A stretch of 64,000 nt of DNA, from contig JBPOFY010000004.1 of assembly GCA_051252375.1 (NCBI GenBank), positions 96,001 through 160,000 on the forward strand, written 5' to 3'. Position numbers and translations under genes: made by a program. This DNA is from Opitutaceae bacterium. GTDB lineage: Bacteria; Verrucomicrobiota; Verrucomicrobiia; Opitutales; Coraliomargaritaceae. Below the pieces are notes generated by a model. The model saw nothing but the letters and a program-made list of their open reading frames with translations, did no database searches and was not told the origin of the DNA. This document shows, in pieces, positions 1-10,352 of this stretch (position 1 is the stretch's first letter; every line of letters begins with the position of its first letter).

Positions 1-646
1 CCAGCCACAAGGTGACGACGGGGCCATACTTCGTCAGTAACTCCTCCGTCTGGTCGAGCATGTATTGATGGTATCTCGCGTAGTCCTGACTACCAACCTC
101 GCCAGTATAGTCGGGGTGTTTGATATCCCAGACAGAATAATAAAACCCGAGTAACATATCGTGCTTCGCACTCGCGTCAGCCAACTCCTTCAAAGGGTCG
201 CGCTTAAACGGGGTCGCATCCACAATGTCGTGATCGGTATAAGCCGAATCAAAGATGCAGAATCCAGAGTGATGCTTGGAAGTAATCACGATATAACGAA
301 AGCCCAATTCCTTGGCGGTTAAAACCCATTGCTCAGCATCGAATTTAACCGGATTGAACTGCGACAAAACCTTGTTGGAAATGACCGCTTCGCCGCCTGC
401 CCTTTGCGGTCCCCAGTGCAAGAAGAGACCAAACCTCGCATCTTCCCACGGTTGGATACGCTTCAATCGGTCCGCCTCGGATTCTCCAGGAAAGCCAGCC
501 ACAATCGGCTCGCCGACCATATACTGAGCGAACCAAGGGCAATCGGATTTAGCCCGAACGGACGCCTCAAGAGGATCGAGCTCGGCAGCACCTAATGACT
601 GAAGGCTCATCATTGCAGCGATAGATAGTATCAGGAGTTTTTTCAT
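1..646 (-). CDS. GH29 alpha-L-fucosidase, N-terminal part (runs off the window start; absent from the ORF track)
   Basis: Manual translation from ATG 646 (alternative in-frame ATG at 658) gives a signal peptide MKKLLILSIAAMMSLQSLGA, then WEDARFGLFLHWGP, FNPVKFDAEQW, VITSKHHSGFCIFDS, TPFKRDPLKEL and LGFYYS, all GH29 motifs. Confidence 0.9.
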   Translation of the reverse strand, partial: MKKLLILSIAAMMSLQSLGAAELDPLEASVRAKSDCPWFAQYMVGEPIVAGFPGESEADRLKRIQPWEDARFGLFLHWGPQRAGGEAVISNKVLSQFNPVKFDAEQWVLTAKELGFRYIVITSKHHSGFCIFDSAYTDHDIVDATPFKRDPLKELADASAKHDMLLGFYYSVWDIKHPDYTGEVGSQDYARYHQYMLDQTEELLTKYGPVVTLWL

Positions 647-670
647 ATCATTTCTCATTTTGTTACTTCG

Positions 671-2041
671 TTAGAAATTCTTGATTTCGTTGCGCCAGTA
701 GGAACGTCGATCAGAACCTTCTTGATTGGAGTCGCCGAGCTCGGCACGGATACGCTCCGCTTCTTTCAGGAGCGTGCCAACGATCTCAGGGTTGTCTGCG
801 GCGACGTTGTGTTTCTCGCCGATGTCGCTTTCTAGATTAACCAGGAAGGGTTTGTCCAAGGTCACGAAACTCCCCTTCTTATTCGCCTGCCCCCAATACG
901 GTTGATCCTTCGCTGTGCGCGGCAGGTGGAGTTTCCACTTCCCTTTGCGCACCGCCTGCAGGTTGAGACCATTGTAGTAATAGAGAAACTCATGCGGCGA
1001 CTCGTCGGTTTTTCCCAACAGCACATTCAAGATGTTCTTGCCGTCGATGGTTCGATCCGTTGGCAGTTCGACTCCGGCGAGATCACAGAAAAGCGGCAGT
1101 AAATCCATACTGGAAAGCGTGGTGTCCGAAACTTGACCAACAGGAATTTCCCCAGTCCAGCGGAAGATCGCTGGCACGCGATGTCCGCCTTCCATGGTGG
1201 TGTATTTGCTGCCGGACAATGGACCTGCGGAACCTGACTTGGCCTGCCCGTTATCGGAGAGAAACACGACTAGCGTATTCTCTTCCAGATCGTTTTCATG
1301 CAGCGCTTGTAGCACCTGCCCAACGCTGTGATCCAACTCCGTAACGAAGTCCCCGTATTTGCCCTTTTTTGAAGAACCAATGAAAGGCTTGCTCGGCGCG
1401 ACTGGCGAATGCGCAATCTGATGCGCCATATAAATAAAGAAAGGCTGGTCCTTGGATTGCTCCTCAATAAATTTAACCACCTCTTCGTTGTAACGCGATG
1501 TAACTGCAGGGAACTTCACATTCTCCTCGATCATCTTACGATCTCGAAAGAGCGCCATGTTCCACGGATCGTGCTTAGTTGAATAGTTATACGGCAGCCC
1601 AAAGTAAGTATCGAAGCCAGCGTCCATCGGGTGGGCGCCTTCCATCTCGAAACCGATGTGCCACTTGCCCACCGCCATCGAGCGGTAGCCCGCGGTTTTC
1701 AGCAGCTCGGCAATCGTGATCTCATCGGGGTGTAGACCATAATCTGTCTTCTTATCCGGACTCCGATAGGTCGGCAAGCCCGCGCGACTCGGATAGCGAC
1801 CTGTGAGCAATGCGGCGCGCGAGGGCGTGCATACATTGGCTGCCGAAATCATGTCGGTGGAACGAAAGCCCTCCGCCGCCATTTGGTCGAGCGCGGGTGT
1901 CGGGTATTTTGCACCATAACAACCAAGGTCGCCAAAACCCAGATCATCAGCAAAGATAAGAACGATGTTCGGCCGGTCTGCTGCTTGGAGCAGGCTTGCT
2001 GATAATAGCAGAGTGAGGAATAAGGAAACTAGACGGGGCAT
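671..2041 (-). CDS. S1 family (formylglycine-dependent) sulfatase, exported
   Basis: Signal peptide; PNIVLIFADDLG, CTPSRAALLTGR, GKWH and SDNG motifs. Confidence 0.95.
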   Translation of the reverse strand: MPRLVSLFLTLLLSASLLQAADRPNIVLIFADDLGFGDLGCYGAKYPTPALDQMAAEGFRSTDMISAANVCTPSRAALLTGRYPSRAGLPTYRSPDKKTDYGLHPDEITIAELLKTAGYRSMAVGKWHIGFEMEGAHPMDAGFDTYFGLPYNYSTKHDPWNMALFRDRKMIEENVKFPAVTSRYNEEVVKFIEEQSKDQPFFIYMAHQIAHSPVAPSKPFIGSSKKGKYGDFVTELDHSVGQVLQALHENDLEENTLVVFLSDNGQAKSGSAGPLSGSKYTTMEGGHRVPAIFRWTGEIPVGQVSDTTLSSMDLLPLFCDLAGVELPTDRTIDGKNILNVLLGKTDESPHEFLYYYNGLNLQAVRKGKWKLHLPRTAKDQPYWGQANKKGSFVTLDKPFLVNLESDIGEKHNVAADNPEIVGTLLKEAERIRAELGDSNQEGSDRRSYWRNEIKNF

Positions 2042-2182
2042 GACGAAGGAGTTGATCAGAATTCGAGTGGTCTGTCAGTAGTCGTAGATGATATCCTAAA
2101 ATCCACTTTAGCATACCCCGTATAAACGCGACTTCGCCTAGAATCGCATACCTAATTCCAGTTACTCACTGCATCGCTCGAC

Positions 2183-2218
2183 AAAAAAAGACCCGCCACA
2201 CATGAGGTGGCGGGTCTT
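2183..2218 (-). terminator. Rho-independent terminator after the PEP-CTERM gene
   Basis: 12-bp inverted repeat aagacccgccac/gtggcgggtctt followed by a T-run on the minus strand. Confidence 0.85.
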
Positions 2219-2257
2219 CTAAAAAATCTTATCTCTGAATCTGTATCAGCTCAACGA

Positions 2258-3043
2258 CTAGGCGCGACGGCGACGAACCATGACCGAAGCAAGTGCGAGG
2301 CAACCCGCGAGGAGTGCATATGTGCTTGGTTCAGGGACGGCAGTCACTTCAAGCGTGAGAGCAGATAGAACGATCTGAGCGGCCCCGCCATTACCGGTTA
2401 AACCCAAGTAGAGATTACCACCAGATGATTGAACTGAAAGCGAACCATAACCCGCATTATCAGGATCACCGGGGCCTGCCGCAGTCGTGAAAGACTGCCC
2501 ACTGACAATCGTGCCAAATGTGTTGCTGGTATATTGATTCCATGTTGTGTCGAAATTAGCATTGTCACTGTCCCAACCAGACACGAACTCATAGGTGTAG
2601 GCATCATTCAAACCAGTGAGAGTGATTTCGAAATAGTCTACGCCAGACGTAGTTGTGCGACCAGAGGCATCATTGGAAATCAGACCATCAGCATACACAC
2701 TTGCACCCGCGGTCTCAATATAAGAACCATCACCATCGACACCACCAGAGAAGTCCCAAGCGATTTGTCCAGTAGAGTTCAACAGCGTAAAACCAACACC
2801 TGTAGCCGTTCCGGCGAAATTATCAAGATTTGTGATGGATAATGTGCCATTATCAGCCAAGCCTAAAGTAGTCGCGTTACCGCCGACGCTGAGACCATCC
2901 GAAGCAGTATTCCAAGTGTTCGTGGCATCCGCTTCTTCAGTGGCACCGAAGTCAAGACCGATGACGTCGCCCACAGTTGAAAATTGCGCATAAGATGTAG
3001 CCGCGATAAGCGGCAGGAGGGATAGAGCAATGAGCTTTTTCAT
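2258..3043 (-). CDS. PEP-CTERM sorting-domain surface protein
   Basis: Signal peptide; C-terminus VPEPSTYALLAGCLALASVMVRRRRA. Confidence 0.93.
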   Translation of the reverse strand: MKKLIALSLLPLIAATSYAQFSTVGDVIGLDFGATEEADATNTWNTASDGLSVGGNATTLGLADNGTLSITNLDNFAGTATGVGFTLLNSTGQIAWDFSGGVDGDGSYIETAGASVYADGLISNDASGRTTTSGVDYFEITLTGLNDAYTYEFVSGWDSDNANFDTTWNQYTSNTFGTIVSGQSFTTAAGPGDPDNAGYGSLSVQSSGGNLYLGLTGNGGAAQIVLSALTLEVTAVPEPSTYALLAGCLALASVMVRRRRA

Positions 3044-3247
3044 AGAAATTAAGGCGGGAAATTAAATAGGTTACGAAAAATTGAATACACATACTAGCAC
3101 AGCCGACCAAATTTGTAAATAACTGAAATCAGGTATAAGCCTCTACTGGCGCCTAAATGAAGTCGCAAAGTATTGATGATCAGCTTCTTACCGAAAAGGT
3201 GGGGCAAAAAAACGAAGAATAGACGATTGGCGCGACTTCACCCCAGA

Positions 3248-4615
3248 CTAGTAGCTCAGCTTGCCGCCTTTGGAGGGTTTCTGACTCTCCCCTTCCCACC
3301 ATTCGTTGGGGCCTTCTTCTACAATACCGGCCCATAGCTTGAGGAGGGTTTGCTTCATTTCCTCGGTCTTCTCAGGCATGTTTTTAGCGAGATCATTTTC
3401 CTCATACATATCCTTCGGAATATTGAAGAGTTGAAATTTGCTCAGTTTTTCGTCGGCGACGATCTTCCAATCACCAATGCGCATCGCGACACGCTCATTT
3501 GGGCCCGAGACGTGAGTTCGCCAGAAGAGTGGCATCTTGCGATCCACTGGCTTACCTGCGAGTGCAGGGAGCATGTTCGCCCCATCGATGGTGCGATCGG
3601 TCGGCAACGGGATACCCACCATCTCAAGAAATGTAGTGAAGAGGTCCGAGCCAATGACTGGCACATTGCTGGTTGTGCCCGGCTCAATATGCCCCGGCCA
3701 ACGCGCTAGGCCTGGCACGCGAATACCGCCTTCATAACTACTACGCTTGTTCCCACGTAAGCCACCGCTGGTCCCACCATAGGCGGGCACGGGGCCGTTG
3801 TCGGAGGTAAAGAACAAAAAGGTGTTATCGCTCACTCCCTGTGCCTCCAAGGCGTCCATCACCGTGCCGAGTGCAGTGTCGAGCTGTGTGATGTTGCCCA
3901 TGTATTTAGCGTTCTCGTGCCCATCGTAGAGCTTTTGAAAACGCGGATCAGTGGCGATCTTTGAATGCGGCTCATGAATCCAAACCGACATAACGAAAGG
4001 CTTGGAAGGATCGCGGATGTCTTTGAGCCAACGCTCGGCCTCTGCAGCAACTAGCTGCGCAGAATAACCCTCGGTCGCGCCGACGGGTTCGCCGTTGAGC
4101 ACAAAGTTTTTTGGATTCTTGTGATTGGGCTCCGCATTGTTCTGCGTATACATCCAGTGATCGTAGCCGTGGTCACCGGGCTGCGGGTATTCAGGGTTAT
4201 TGAATTGCTGCTTGGAGAGCAGGTGCCACTTGCCGACGTGGCAGGTCTCGTAGCCTGCCTCTTTCAAAAGCTCAGGATATGTGATCTCACTAGCGCGTAA
4301 GTGTGCCTCGTGATTCCCCGAAAGGTGACGCCAAACACCATTACGGTATGGGGTCCGTCCCGTTAAAATAGCGGAGCGCGAGGGCGAGCAGACGCCGGCA
4401 GCAGAATAGCACTCGATCAGCTTAACGCCCTGCGATGCCAGCTTGTCCATGTTCGGTGTCTGGATGAGCTCATGACCATAAGTGCCCGAATCGCCCCAGC
4501 CCATGTCGTCAGCCACAAAAACCACAATGTTTGGTTTTGTGTCAGCTGCGGAGGCCGCCGATACAGTCAGCGCCAATAAGATACCTGTGATAGTTTTGAA
4601 TCGGTTTGCTTTCAT
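3248..4615 (-). CDS. S1 family sulfatase, exported
   Basis: PNIVVFVADDMG, CSPSRSAILTGR, GKWH, SDNG and YEGGIRVP motifs. Confidence 0.95.
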   Translation of the reverse strand: MKANRFKTITGILLALTVSAASAADTKPNIVVFVADDMGWGDSGTYGHELIQTPNMDKLASQGVKLIECYSAAGVCSPSRSAILTGRTPYRNGVWRHLSGNHEAHLRASEITYPELLKEAGYETCHVGKWHLLSKQQFNNPEYPQPGDHGYDHWMYTQNNAEPNHKNPKNFVLNGEPVGATEGYSAQLVAAEAERWLKDIRDPSKPFVMSVWIHEPHSKIATDPRFQKLYDGHENAKYMGNITQLDTALGTVMDALEAQGVSDNTFLFFTSDNGPVPAYGGTSGGLRGNKRSSYEGGIRVPGLARWPGHIEPGTTSNVPVIGSDLFTTFLEMVGIPLPTDRTIDGANMLPALAGKPVDRKMPLFWRTHVSGPNERVAMRIGDWKIVADEKLSKFQLFNIPKDMYEENDLAKNMPEKTEEMKQTLLKLWAGIVEEGPNEWWEGESQKPSKGGKLSY

Positions 4616-4640
4616 AATTTAAAATGTAGTGGATGACAAT

Positions 4641-5849
4641 TTATCGAGATTCTTTCCATGTGATTTTCGCCTCCCGAGTGTCAGTATTTACCCAGACGCT
4701 GACATGCTCAAACTCGCGAGTAAACTCCCAACCGTTCGGATCGGTTCGTTGATAGGGTCCTTTTGGAGCCCCCAACGGCCTTCTTAGTTCCGGATAATCG
4801 ACCAAGGGTCCGGTCGACAACTTCCAGCCCCAACTATACATGAAATATGAATAAGGCTGCGCCCCGATCAGGTAACACGCGTGAGCGAACTCTAATTTCT
4901 CTTTGGAGAGCTGTGGCATGTTCGGCTGCATATTCCCGCGCCAAGTGCCCTCGACTCCGAGCCGGAAGACCGAGATCTTACCATCTTTCGCAATGCGTAG
5001 CATGTCTTCCCACTCGGACAACAGACTCTCTTTGGAGGATTTCTGACGCGCATAGTTTTCAAACATGATGGCGTCACTCACTGGATAAATAAGACGCGCC
5101 GAGTCGGCGTAGGCATTGTTCGCCAGCAGTATCTTACCCGGACCCAACTTTTCTTTCAGCGCAGCCATCATCTTGCCCATGGCCACCTCCACCTCCTTGC
5201 GCTTCTCTTTACGAAACTCCACATTACCGTGCATTTGATCAATAAAGGCACCATCGCAGCCAGTCTCCTCCACCGCTTTGGCAACTGTCTCGACCCACCA
5301 GTTACGCATGAAGGGGTTCAACACATCGTAGCAGAGCGCGCCATACCGATTGACTAATTCGCCCGTTTTCGGATGAAAGATTAGGACCTCTTTCAACCTC
5401 GGATTTTGCTTAAGACCCTCTCTTGTAAAAATCTTATTGTAGGAAGTGTAGGGCCACGCGTAGGCCGCATTGAAATAAAACAAAACCTTAATGTCGGGAT
5501 TCACTTTCTTAAAGGCTGCAGCCTCATGCTTTGCTCCCAGTTCAGCCGCACCGAGCTGACCCATGCCGTGCGACTTTTCGATACAGAGGAAGCCGGTTCG
5601 CGCGGCAATGAACTTTACTTGATCAGGAGTCAGCACCCGACTCTTGTCACCAAACATATAATAGAGCGGCACGGTATCCCAACTAAACTCAGGGTAAAAA
5701 CCTTTAGGCACAAACTGGCTACCGTCACTATTCCTTAAAGACTTCTGATCTAACGAACGAGATAGATCTTGTGCCGACACCAACGATGATACCATGGCGA
5801 AAGACAAAGCAATCAATTGAAATGCACGTTGGGGTAATATGGTTTTCAT
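4641..5849 (-). CDS. GH168-like endo-fucanase
   Basis: Signal peptide; FYPEFSWDTVPLYYMFGD, IEKSHG, DGAFIDQMHG (putative catalytic Asp), AIMFENY (putative catalytic Glu) and a REFEH-type C-terminus, recognised as GH168; fucoidan context. Confidence 0.8.
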   Translation of the reverse strand: MKTILPQRAFQLIALSFAMVSSLVSAQDLSRSLDQKSLRNSDGSQFVPKGFYPEFSWDTVPLYYMFGDKSRVLTPDQVKFIAARTGFLCIEKSHGMGQLGAAELGAKHEAAAFKKVNPDIKVLFYFNAAYAWPYTSYNKIFTREGLKQNPRLKEVLIFHPKTGELVNRYGALCYDVLNPFMRNWWVETVAKAVEETGCDGAFIDQMHGNVEFRKEKRKEVEVAMGKMMAALKEKLGPGKILLANNAYADSARLIYPVSDAIMFENYARQKSSKESLLSEWEDMLRIAKDGKISVFRLGVEGTWRGNMQPNMPQLSKEKLEFAHACYLIGAQPYSYFMYSWGWKLSTGPLVDYPELRRPLGAPKGPYQRTDPNGWEFTREFEHVSVWVNTDTREAKITWKESR

Positions 5850-5876
5850 GGATAACGGCTGAACAACAAAAGTCCT

Positions 5877-8135
5877 CTATTTCTTTTTCACTCGGCCCAT
5901 TTGGGAAACATCCAATGGCTCGATACCTAACTCAATCGCAGGACTCCCTGCTCGGAAACTAAAATCGCCCGCAGCTGGATCAACAAACAGCGGATCAGCA
6001 AAGCAACTCGCCTGCTCTTGGTCGACTGCCTGCATTCTTAACAAATGCGCATCCACCCAATGTGGATCTGTGGGATGGTAGTAAAGGTTCGAATCCATCT
6101 CCGTCTCCAAGATGCTCGGAACTGGACCATCTCCTCGAGCGCGTTCGCCATAAACGTTTCCACCGTCTGGATGAGAAATGATAATATTATGCTGCACGAT
6201 GGAGCCAGGCACCGGCACCCACTCAAAACTGACATAGCCCGAGCGAGGCACCACAGCTGGAGCGACTATGAAATTATTCGTAATGTCGTTGATCCCCTTC
6301 GAGGCGATGCCCGCGGCAAAGCCGCCATTGTTATAGAGCACGTTTCCATGAATGAGCGTATCATGCTGATCGTCATCACAACGGATCGCCGCTGGCAGCG
6401 AATGGGCGAGGTTATCATGCAGATAGTTGTAGCGAATAATATTCCCCGTTCCCGTGCCAGAAACATAAATACCGTTCCCATCTGAGAGCAATTGCACCGC
6501 GTGTGAGATCTCATTGTTCTCCAATAAATTGTGTCGCGAATGATTATACTTCTCGCGCGCTAACCAACTCTCGTAACCAGCCCGCTCACGAGCACGATCT
6601 TCATCCGCAATTTCATGCTGACGAATGGTTCTGCCACCCTCCCCATTCAAACTCCGACCAGGCTCGACCCGAGTCGTGATACACACCGCAGCATAACCAC
6701 TGTGATGCAGCTCATTATTTGTCATCCGATTGCGCCCACTTTGCCAAGCCCACAGCCCTGGAGAATGCCAGGTGATTTCGCTGAAATGATGAATGTGGTT
6801 ATTGATAATATCATTATGGTGATTGGCGTCCTTCAGACCAGGACCATACCCCACCAACAGAATCCCAGCCTCGCCCAAATGTGCGAATTCAGAATCCAGC
6901 ACACGATTGCGCTGCGCATGTAAATCCATGCGCAAACCCGAGCCACCGGAATTGATGAAGCGACAATCGGTAATCTCGCATGCTTCAGCACCACGCAGTC
7001 GCAGCAAAGCAGTCGGTCGGTCAAACATATCCCAGTCGTGCTGCAAACCCCAACCCAAGCGACCTTCGTCACTCGTCCATGCCCAACGATCTGCATGCGA
7101 AAAAGTCAGCCCCGAAAAGGCAATACCACGGACCGGATGATCCGTTGGTCCATCGTAATCAATCTCACCTTCAACACGAATGAGTTCCGTTGTAGTTGGA
7201 ACTAGGATACCGCGCGGCGCGCCATCGGGCGCGGGATCGGAAGGCCACAAATAGATCTTACGCGTTTGGGTATTCACCACCCATTCCCCGGGCTCGCCCA
7301 AAGCCTCTAACACATTTTCTACCCAAACCACGGAGGCATCTGGATCATGTAAATAGCCTGGCAACGGTCCCATTGGATAGGTCGCGGACGCGCCAGTGGT
7401 CGCCACTCCATTGACTTCATCCACCGATGCCAACGGCAACATATTGATTGCCCATGCCCGACCAGGTCGCATCTGAATTTCAACGTCGCCCAAATTATCC
7501 CAATTCTGCAAAGCCCCAGTTGGAAAATGCAGCGTTCGCTTGTCGCCCAACTTGGTGTAGGCGAAGCCCGAATCGCGAGCACGGTTTAAGCGACCATGGC
7601 TGTCATAAAAGGTGTAAAACCGATCGATCTCTGCGGGCATGTCAGCCACCCAGACCTGACCGACCGCACTAGCAGGCAATGCGGCAGGCGCGTGTTCCAG
7701 TCGTGCCCAACCACTGACAGGCATGCCTCCACTCAAAACGGGATGCTCGCCCGGATACGCAGCAAAGGTCAAGTAGGCTGACTGCTGCAACTCGCCGGAT
7801 CCGTATTGTTCGAAAGCAGGAACGGTAGCCTCACTCGCAGGAGCACCGTCGTTCAGACCCAAGACTAAAGTCTGATCCAAATGATAGCGTCCCTCGCGCA
7901 GCGTGATCACGATCGGCTCAGCATAGCCCGCCTGGCGCAAGTCCCGCATCGCTTCTACCCCAGCAAATAATGATCCGTAAGGCTTCGACTGGCTGCCATC
8001 CGCCTCAGCAGCACCATCGGTCGAAACATAGATAGTCCGAGGCGAACTGTCAGCATGCACGAGACAAGCCATCAGCATGAGAACAGATTGAAAAACTACA
8101 CCCCGCGCACCAAATATACTGGCTTTCATTGTCAT
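5877..8135 (-). CDS. GH141-like right-handed beta-helix glycoside hydrolase (putative fucosidase)
   Basis: YVS..G...G....P N-terminus, AAYPGEHPVLSGG, WVENVLEAL..PGEW, beta-helix repeats, DGNGIY and C-terminal DPLFVDP..GDF; paralogue of 8147-10324 and 38905-41082. Confidence 0.8.
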   Translation of the reverse strand: MTMKASIFGARGVVFQSVLMLMACLVHADSSPRTIYVSTDGAAEADGSQSKPYGSLFAGVEAMRDLRQAGYAEPIVITLREGRYHLDQTLVLGLNDGAPASEATVPAFEQYGSGELQQSAYLTFAAYPGEHPVLSGGMPVSGWARLEHAPAALPASAVGQVWVADMPAEIDRFYTFYDSHGRLNRARDSGFAYTKLGDKRTLHFPTGALQNWDNLGDVEIQMRPGRAWAINMLPLASVDEVNGVATTGASATYPMGPLPGYLHDPDASVVWVENVLEALGEPGEWVVNTQTRKIYLWPSDPAPDGAPRGILVPTTTELIRVEGEIDYDGPTDHPVRGIAFSGLTFSHADRWAWTSDEGRLGWGLQHDWDMFDRPTALLRLRGAEACEITDCRFINSGGSGLRMDLHAQRNRVLDSEFAHLGEAGILLVGYGPGLKDANHHNDIINNHIHHFSEITWHSPGLWAWQSGRNRMTNNELHHSGYAAVCITTRVEPGRSLNGEGGRTIRQHEIADEDRARERAGYESWLAREKYNHSRHNLLENNEISHAVQLLSDGNGIYVSGTGTGNIIRYNYLHDNLAHSLPAAIRCDDDQHDTLIHGNVLYNNGGFAAGIASKGINDITNNFIVAPAVVPRSGYVSFEWVPVPGSIVQHNIIISHPDGGNVYGERARGDGPVPSILETEMDSNLYYHPTDPHWVDAHLLRMQAVDQEQASCFADPLFVDPAAGDFSFRAGSPAIELGIEPLDVSQMGRVKKK

Positions 8136-8146
8136 CGCATTAAGCC

Positions 8147-10324
8147 TTAAATCGAATTCGAAGATATCTCTGTTTTTTTACGCAAACCAATCTCAGACAC
8201 ATCAATCGGGACGATGCCCATTTCGAGCGCAGGGGAATCTGGATTAAATCTAAAATCGCCATTTTCCGGATCAACAAATAGCGGGTCATCCGTGCGACTA
8301 TTGCCGTCCACGCCATCGCGCTGTAATTTAGCCAAAGTTTTTTGCCCGATTCCCCCGTCCGTCTTACAAAAGTAGATATTAAAATCGGAGTCCATATCTG
8401 CCATCCGAGCAGTTTCACGCCCCCTACTGTCTTCGTCCACCTTCCCTTTCCCCTCCGAGGGCTCTGAAATAAACAGACAATCGTCTTTGGATGAATAAAA
8501 GATGTTGCGCTTATTACTCGCGCCCGCCGAAGGACCTTCGACAATCTTCAGGTAAATACCGCGCGGCGCGATAACGTCGGCGATGATATTGTTTTCGAAA
8601 CGGTTGTTCAGCTTCAGCGTCATGCCCTGCGACTTACATTTGTAGATGATGTTTTCGGCAATCAAGGTATCCATTTGCCCGCCGTCGGTCCGGATGCCGC
8701 TCTGCTTGTTCGTTGCAGCGACCAGATGATGCACGAAATTCCTGCGGATCACATTACCGGGTCCGGAGCCACGAATGTAGATGCCGTTACCATCGCCTAG
8801 CTTCTGCATCACATTGTGAATCTCGTTATATTCGATCAGATTATTACGGCTGTGCAGATACAGATGAACATCTTCCAATTCCGGTCGCTTAGGCAGTCCA
8901 TCAATTTCATGCCAGCGAATCGCGCGTTTCTGTTCGCGCTTATCTTCACGATCAAAAAAGCGCAGGATACCGCCGGAAATAATCATCCCACAATAGTTCG
9001 TGTCATGTATCAGATTATTCGCGACACGGTTCTCGCCACTCTGCCAGAGGAAGATCCCCGGCGAGTGCCAATAGATCTGTCCGACATGATGGATGTTATT
9101 ATTGTAGACGAGGTTCTTCTTGTTCACGTCCTTGGTGCCAGGACCATAGCCGCAGAGCAGAATGCCGCCCCCGCCCATGGACTCAATATGGTTGTTGGTG
9201 ATCTCGTTTCCGATGCCATACAAATCCACCCGAATCGCCCCACTACCACTGTGTAGGAAATGACACTGATCGATGACGCAATTTTCTGCACCACGCAGGC
9301 GAACCATCGCGTTGTCTTTGTCGAGCATGTCCCAGTCGTGCTGCAAGCCCGCATCATCCGTAGTCAACGTGTAACGCTCACCATGCATAAAAGTGAGCCC
9401 GCGAAAGTGTAAGTTTCGAACAGGGACATCTTTGGGTCCGTCTTTATCAATCGAACCTTCGACACGGATCAGCTCCAACAGCTTCGGCGCAAAAACAGGT
9501 GACTGACCACGTGGCCAGATGTAAACCTTGCCCTTCTCAGTATTGAGCACCCATTCGCCGGGCTCATTGAGCTCCTCTAATACATTTTCCACCCACACCC
9601 CGAGTTTGTTCATGCCATAGGTTGCCTGAATCGCGGTGCGAGCTACCCCAGCGCCCTCCTTTTCATTAATCGAAACCAGCGGCAGCATGTTCACCACCCA
9701 ATCGCGGGTCGGTCGGACAAAAATTTCAACATCTTCCACATTCGACCAATCTTTCAACTGCCCCTCTGCGAAACGAAGTAAATCGTTTTTACTGCCACCC
9801 AAAGCAGCAAATCGTTCCGAGCGCGCACGCGGCAGCATGCCCTCATTATCATACAAAGTTAGGAAACGATCAGAGACTTTCGTTTCCCAGACTTCCCCCT
9901 GCGCTTCCTTAGGTAATCCCGGCAAACTTCCAGTCACTTTCCTCCAACCTTTAATCTCGCGACCTGAGCTAAAAATTGGCGTCTCGCCCGGATAGGCGGC
10001 ATAGGTGACAGTCGCGTCACCGACCCCAGAATCCTCTAGACCGAACACGACCGTCTCATCCAGCCGATAAGTGCCCTCCCGAATAAACACCACGATATCC
10101 GTGGTGCGCTGCTGCTTCAGTTCGCGCACCGCATCGCGCGCCCGCGCTAGAGTTGCGAACGGACCATCTCTTGCGTCTGGTGCTGCCAATGTCCCGGACC
10201 AATGGTCGGAACCTTGCACAGACACATAAAAATCAGCCTTTAAGACCGGGTCAGTCTCAGCAAATGCCGAGGCGCTAACGAAGGCCAAGCTCGTGATTAA
10301 AATCAGCAGTTTTTTCATGCTCAT
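8147..10324 (-). CDS. GH141-like right-handed beta-helix glycoside hydrolase
   Basis: GPFATLARARDAVR, AAYPGETP, WVENVLEELNEPGEW, GLQHDW, DGNGIY and DPLFVDPENGDF motifs. Confidence 0.82.
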   Translation of the reverse strand: MSMKKLLILITSLAFVSASAFAETDPVLKADFYVSVQGSDHWSGTLAAPDARDGPFATLARARDAVRELKQQRTTDIVVFIREGTYRLDETVVFGLEDSGVGDATVTYAAYPGETPIFSSGREIKGWRKVTGSLPGLPKEAQGEVWETKVSDRFLTLYDNEGMLPRARSERFAALGGSKNDLLRFAEGQLKDWSNVEDVEIFVRPTRDWVVNMLPLVSINEKEGAGVARTAIQATYGMNKLGVWVENVLEELNEPGEWVLNTEKGKVYIWPRGQSPVFAPKLLELIRVEGSIDKDGPKDVPVRNLHFRGLTFMHGERYTLTTDDAGLQHDWDMLDKDNAMVRLRGAENCVIDQCHFLHSGSGAIRVDLYGIGNEITNNHIESMGGGGILLCGYGPGTKDVNKKNLVYNNNIHHVGQIYWHSPGIFLWQSGENRVANNLIHDTNYCGMIISGGILRFFDREDKREQKRAIRWHEIDGLPKRPELEDVHLYLHSRNNLIEYNEIHNVMQKLGDGNGIYIRGSGPGNVIRRNFVHHLVAATNKQSGIRTDGGQMDTLIAENIIYKCKSQGMTLKLNNRFENNIIADVIAPRGIYLKIVEGPSAGASNKRNIFYSSKDDCLFISEPSEGKGKVDEDSRGRETARMADMDSDFNIYFCKTDGGIGQKTLAKLQRDGVDGNSRTDDPLFVDPENGDFRFNPDSPALEMGIVPIDVSEIGLRKKTEISSNSI

Positions 10325-10352
10325 TGTTCTAATTTATATTCCTTAAGAAAAG

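Noticed and set aside
312..595. Short ORFs at the window start
   Set aside because: They are shadows of the minus-strand GH29 gene at 1-646.
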